From: Micrococcaceae bacterium
Lineage (GTDB): Bacteria; Actinomycetota; Actinomycetes; Actinomycetales; Micrococcaceae
Length of the DNA stretch: 64,000 bases
NCBI GenBank assembly: GCA_052084925.1
Contig: JBQDEV010000015.1
Coordinates: forward strand, 7,795-71,794
Direction of reading: 5' to 3'
Each line of letters begins with the position of its first letter. The first letter of the stretch is position 1. Shown here one piece after another: positions 60,643 to 64,000 of this stretch. A program made the position numbers and the translations under genes. Under the pieces are notes generated by a model. It searched no databases. It was not told the origin of the DNA and saw nothing but the letters and a program-made list of their open reading frames with translations.

Positions 60643-62397
60643 TTAACCTTCGTCGAGATCGATAGAAAAGTGTAGTCGTTGACCAAGGATGCTGCCGGTT
60701 TCGTCACCATCGTGGAGTCTGAGCACGATCGCGTCATCGAAGATCGCTCGGTCAGTGAACTCGCCCCAGGGAACGTGATCGCTATTTACTGTGAGGAGGT
60801 GCTGGTAGCCATACTCAGTCGCTGACGCAGCAGCAATTTCAATGGCTCGAGCGGTCTGTCTCTCATCGACGTCGGCGAAGATCGCGCTGTCATGGATGAG
60901 GAAGCCAGGGCCTCGGTCGTCGCTCGCGAGATCTTCGCTCAATGCGATGTCGTAAGCGAAGATGGCCATCAGGTGGACGCCCCCCGATCCGGTCTTCGGG
61001 AGCACCACCTTGAACTGCATGCCGCTCTTTCCTGGGGACACGCGTAGGTCGGCAGGTTCGCCGTAAAGAGCTTCCATGATCTCGCCGAACCGGGCAACGA
61101 TCCCTGCGCGACGCTCGAATCTCTCCTGCATGTCGAGTTTCGTCCGAGTGACAAGGTCGAGTTCGTCAGATTTCAGCTTGGACTTACGGTCGCTCAGATC
61201 GCGGAGGGTTTGGATCTGCTCTTCCACCTGGGCAACTTCAACTTGTGATTCGGCGAGGCTGCGCTGCAGTGCAACGAGGTCGTCGAGCGCTCCACCGGTT
61301 CGCAGAAGCTGCATGTCTTGCTCTTGCTGCTCAGCGAGACGTGCTTGCTCGCTCTCACGCTGCAGGATTCGTTCACGGAGCCGACGGGTCTCTTCTGCGA
61401 GGTAGGCCGCGCGGTTTGTAGTGATCTGCCCCTGGAACTCCGCTGCTTCATCAAGGCTACGGACGATTGCGTCGCCTAGGACGATGCCAGCTTCGGCGAA
61501 GAGCCGTTCGACGTTGAGGTCGCTCGAGGTGAACTCGTCCTGCACCTGCGACTCATACAGTGCGAGCTGCTGCCGATCCGCAAAGTTCTCATTGCCGAGG
61601 GCTTTGATTCGCTGGGTGCTGTCCTGAACCCGCGACTCAATGTCTCGGTATTCGGGTAGGACTGAGAAGGTACTGATGTCCTTCGTCAGTCTTTCTGCGC
61701 GACGTTGGAGCCGCACGAGCTGCGGTTCCAACGCTGCGATGCGCGATTCAATCGAGTTGTCTGGATCGTCGGCGAGCGCGACGCGTGCCTTGCGGTCCCG
61801 GAGGTTCGCCCATTCCTTTGCGAATCGCCAGTCGAGGTTCAGCAGGTAGGCGTTTTCTGCCTGCACTGCTTCGGCGGCCTGGTTCGCGAGGGTGCTGAAC
61901 GGTCCGAGCAGGGAGTCAGCACGAAACCGAGCGAAGTGGCGTATGAGGCTGCGGAACGTGGGCGGGTCCGCAGGCATCCCGTCGCGAACGAAGCATTCAC
62001 GTCCAAGCCAGTTGGTCCACTTGCGAGTGCCCACTGTTGCGGTGCCGTCGTCAGCGAGATCCTTCTGCTCGACAATCCCTGCAGCGACCACGCCGCCTTC
62101 GAGGTGGATCTGACCGGAGGTATCTGGGCTGCGCGATGCCAGCACAGTGACCCCGGCTCGGGTAGTTAAGGACAGCGTGAAGTACCAGTTGTTGCCCCTC
62201 ATCTGTTCGAGGCGGTCGCTCATATTCGCGCCCAGGCAAAAGTCGATGAGCGCGATGGCGGTAGTCTTACCGAGCCCGTTTCGCGAGTCGGTCTTCGTGG
62301 CTTCTTTGGCGCGATCTGCAACGACGATGTTGAGTCCATCGTTGAAGCTGATTGACCGGAACCCCGAGAAACTCGCAGTGAGCGAATTCAAGCGCAT
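60643..62397 (-). CDS. ABC-three-component (ABC-3C) system ATPase, DUF2326-type
   Basis: ATG 62397 (MRLNSLTASFSGFRSISFNDGLNIVV). Walker A SRNGLGKTT, a long coiled-coil insert, and a C-terminal PGFLIHDSAIFADVDERQ (Walker B/D-loop region). Confidence 0.75.
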   Translation of the reverse strand: MRLNSLTASFSGFRSISFNDGLNIVVADRAKEATKTDSRNGLGKTTAIALIDFCLGANMSDRLEQMRGNNWYFTLSLTTRAGVTVLASRSPDTSGQIHLEGGVVAAGIVEQKDLADDGTATVGTRKWTNWLGRECFVRDGMPADPPTFRSLIRHFARFRADSLLGPFSTLANQAAEAVQAENAYLLNLDWRFAKEWANLRDRKARVALADDPDNSIESRIAALEPQLVRLQRRAERLTKDISTFSVLPEYRDIESRVQDSTQRIKALGNENFADRQQLALYESQVQDEFTSSDLNVERLFAEAGIVLGDAIVRSLDEAAEFQGQITTNRAAYLAEETRRLRERILQRESEQARLAEQQEQDMQLLRTGGALDDLVALQRSLAESQVEVAQVEEQIQTLRDLSDRKSKLKSDELDLVTRTKLDMQERFERRAGIVARFGEIMEALYGEPADLRVSPGKSGMQFKVVLPKTGSGGVHLMAIFAYDIALSEDLASDDRGPGFLIHDSAIFADVDERQTARAIEIAAASATEYGYQHLLTVNSDHVPWGEFTDRAIFDDAIVLRLHDGDETGSILGQRLHFSIDLDEG

Positions 62398-62398
62398 G

Positions 62399-62626
62399 TC
62401 AAACTTCCCATCGGAGAACGCCAGAATTGATGGTGACTGCACCGATCATGAAGAGCAGCGTCAGCGCTTCGGTGAACGAGTCGAAAGATGCATCCGTTGC
62501 GCTGCTTCGGTAGGCGTGCCAGAGCTCGCTAACCGTCGGGTTGCTGTCGCGTAGGGGCAGGATAGTCGCTGCGCGACCGAGGATGCTATCCGAAGCGGGC
62601 ACGTATTTGGTCGGGAGGATCATCAT
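62399..62626 (-). CDS. ABC-3C middle component
   Basis: 75 aa: MMILPTKYVPASDSILGRAATILPLRDSNPTVSELWHAY ... LTLLFMIGAVTINSGVLRWEV. The start overlaps the effector stop (ATGA). Its stop lies 1 nt before the ATPase ATG. Confidence 0.65.
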   Translation of the reverse strand: MMILPTKYVPASDSILGRAATILPLRDSNPTVSELWHAYRSSATDASFDSFTEALTLLFMIGAVTINSGVLRWEV

Positions 62627-63498
62627 GCCGGTGCCTCGAAGACATCGCACACCTGGAACAAGTGGCAGAGGACTGCTGCGGCCGCTGCATGCAACACGAA
62701 GAGCCGACCTCCATCTGTCTGGGGAGAGATGGCGCTGCTGGCACCGAAGTCAATCAGTGAGAGGAAAAGTGCGTCACCCTTCGCGCCGCTGGCAACGAGT
62801 CGGTCATACTCGCTAACAAATCCTGCTCGCAGCCGTTCCGGGAAGCGTGAGGAGAGCTGTGCCTGACGGCGGATGTACTCGGCTACCTGAGGAGCCTGAG
62901 CGAGCCCGATGTTCATTGTGGGGCGAATAGCGTCAGTGAGCTCGTTCGTGTCCATCTTCGTCTGCGGTGGCACTGCGATCATCGGAGTCGATGGAAGGTC
63001 GATGTCGCCGTCCGCGAAGGCGTTGCAGACGATCTGTAGCTCCGCGAACGACACCTGCGTCGCCCCAGCCGACAGCCGATCAGTGACTGCTTTTTCGGCT
63101 GCGCGCTTCCACTCTTTGAGCGTCTCGACCGGATAGTCCGAATCGATCTTGTCGACGAGGCTGTGATGGTGCGCGCAGAGGACGAGCAGATTCGGATAGC
63201 TATCTCGCTGTGCGGGGGTGAGTGCGGGATTAGGACGAGGTCCGTCGTCTGAGGATCCTTCGATGTGCGCAATCTGACCGAGGATCACAGGGCCGTCAGT
63301 CTTGAACTCAACGATAGCCGAGCCGCAGTTCGGGTACGGGCAGAAGTGACCCGACGTGAGGAACAGTTGTTTCAAGGTCAAGTGCGAGTAGTTCCGTGCC
63401 ACCTGACCTCCCCGTCTGGTTGCGTGATTCTGGTACGACGCGGCGAGCCCACGTAGGGACTCGCCATGTCCCATCCTCTCATGTGTCCGAACTCGCAA
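62623..63498 (-). CDS. HNH endonuclease fused to an ABC-3C C-terminal (CTD) adaptor domain: predicted effector
   Basis: CPYPNCGS ... IAHIEGSSDDGPRPN ... YPNLLVLCAHHHSLVD (HNH with Zn-ribbon Cys/His). About 170 aa of helical C-terminus. First gene of a three-gene overlapping operon. Confidence 0.7.
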   Translation of the reverse strand: MRVRTHERMGHGESLRGLAASYQNHATRRGGQVARNYSHLTLKQLFLTSGHFCPYPNCGSAIVEFKTDGPVILGQIAHIEGSSDDGPRPNPALTPAQRDSYPNLLVLCAHHHSLVDKIDSDYPVETLKEWKRAAEKAVTDRLSAGATQVSFAELQIVCNAFADGDIDLPSTPMIAVPPQTKMDTNELTDAIRPTMNIGLAQAPQVAEYIRRQAQLSSRFPERLRAGFVSEYDRLVASGAKGDALFLSLIDFGASSAISPQTDGGRLFVLHAAAAAVLCHLFQVCDVFEAPA

Positions 63499-63598
63499 GA
63501 GCCACGCTCTGGTACTGTCCGCGTGTGATTCCTCGGTGACGAGCGCGCCGCAGGAATCCGTCGGGTATGGAGCTTACAAGCCGTTCGACTGCGGAGCC

Positions 63599-63925
63599 TC
63601 AATCGGCGACGCGAGCTTGCCGCACCTCGCGGAGGCGAGCGCTGGCGAGAAGGGCGAGGCTGACGGGGCCGATCCAAAGAAACTTCAGCCCGTTCCAGAG
63701 CAGCAGGAGGAAAAGCGGGTAGAGCCACTTACTCCAGCCCTGCTCGATGAGTCCGGTGCAGGTGGCTGCGATCATCAGGTAGACGACCCCGAGGAACATC
63801 GCGGGGATTCCCCATTTGAGGCCGCGTCGGGTGCGCAGCGTGTCGAGCAAGATGTTGGTGGGCATCCAGCGGCGCATGAAGATGCGGGTGTGGATGCTGG
63901 CGTTCCAGAGCCGGTTCAGGAGCAT
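63599..63925 (-). CDS. Hypothetical small membrane protein
   Basis: 108 aa with two or three TM helices (WGIPAMFLGVVYLMIAATCTGLI, LYPLFLLLLWNGLKFLWIGPVSLALLA). Lies 100 nt upstream of the ABC-3C operon. Confidence 0.45.
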   Translation of the reverse strand: MLLNRLWNASIHTRIFMRRWMPTNILLDTLRTRRGLKWGIPAMFLGVVYLMIAATCTGLIEQGWSKWLYPLFLLLLWNGLKFLWIGPVSLALLASARLREVRQARVAD

Positions 63926-64000
63926 GATGTGGGCCTCACTTTCGCACGCAGGACTATCGCGGTGTGGCTGGTCCTGAGTGGTTGAGTGCCCGAGATACCT

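Larger units (their letters stand above)
51132..64000. mobile_element. Lower-GC accessory block / stacked defence island carrying an integrase (boundaries unresolved; right end beyond window)
   Basis: Composition shifts abruptly after cdaR. One 60-nt line at 54301 counts 32/60 G+C, against 39/60 at 1021. All genes are accessory: two RTs, AbiE, an integrase, ABC-3C and unknowns. No att repeats could be found by eye. Confidence 0.55.

Overview
High-GC actinobacterial chromosome segment. Spot counts of single 60-nt lines give roughly 65-70% G+C in the core; no sliding-window computation was run.

Positions 1 to ~51.1 kb are conserved core DNA. The gene order recalls the mycobacterial purH-purN-perM, sucCD-pcrA and cspB/DUF3027-XPB neighbourhoods. 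Content, in order:
- purH (partial) and purN
- an OpuC-type osmoprotectant ABC importer
- a PerM-like membrane protein and gdhA
- MarR plus an MFS pump
- a DUF202 pair and a VIT1 transporter
- sucCD and pcrA
- an NlpC/P60 hydrolase with a long leader
- a DtxR-family repressor and serC
- csp plus DUF3027
- XPB helicase with its partner
- an OmpR/HK pair, an orphan WXG100 gene and a DUF4031-HD fusion
- groEL with tandem CIRCE operators
- ung, ThrE, AzlCD and an LLM monooxygenase
- a CdaR / glycerate kinase / GntP module

There are two tRNAs: Arg-CCT on the plus strand and Val-CAC on the minus strand.

Three stretches are visibly lower in GC:
- a lipoprotein gene at 16.7-17.3 kb
- a serine-hydrolase gene abutting tRNA-Arg at 23.0-24.8 kb
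- an accessory block of at least 12.8 kb from ~51.2 kb to the window end (about 53% G+C in one spot count)

The third block is the most important. It is a stacked anti-phage defence island, all on the minus strand. Listed by ascending coordinate, it holds:
- an unknown alpha-helical protein
- two translationally coupled reverse transcriptases (a DRT type 3-like two-RT module) with a structured 207-nt downstream spacer that is a candidate ncRNA
- AbiEi/AbiEii
- an unknown 237-aa protein
- a tyrosine integrase
- a recombinase-HTH remnant
- an ABC-three-component system (HNH-CTD effector, middle component, DUF2326-type ABC ATPase)

No rRNA, CRISPR array or IS transposase was seen. Many of the longest ORFs in the track are antisense artefacts of high GC.
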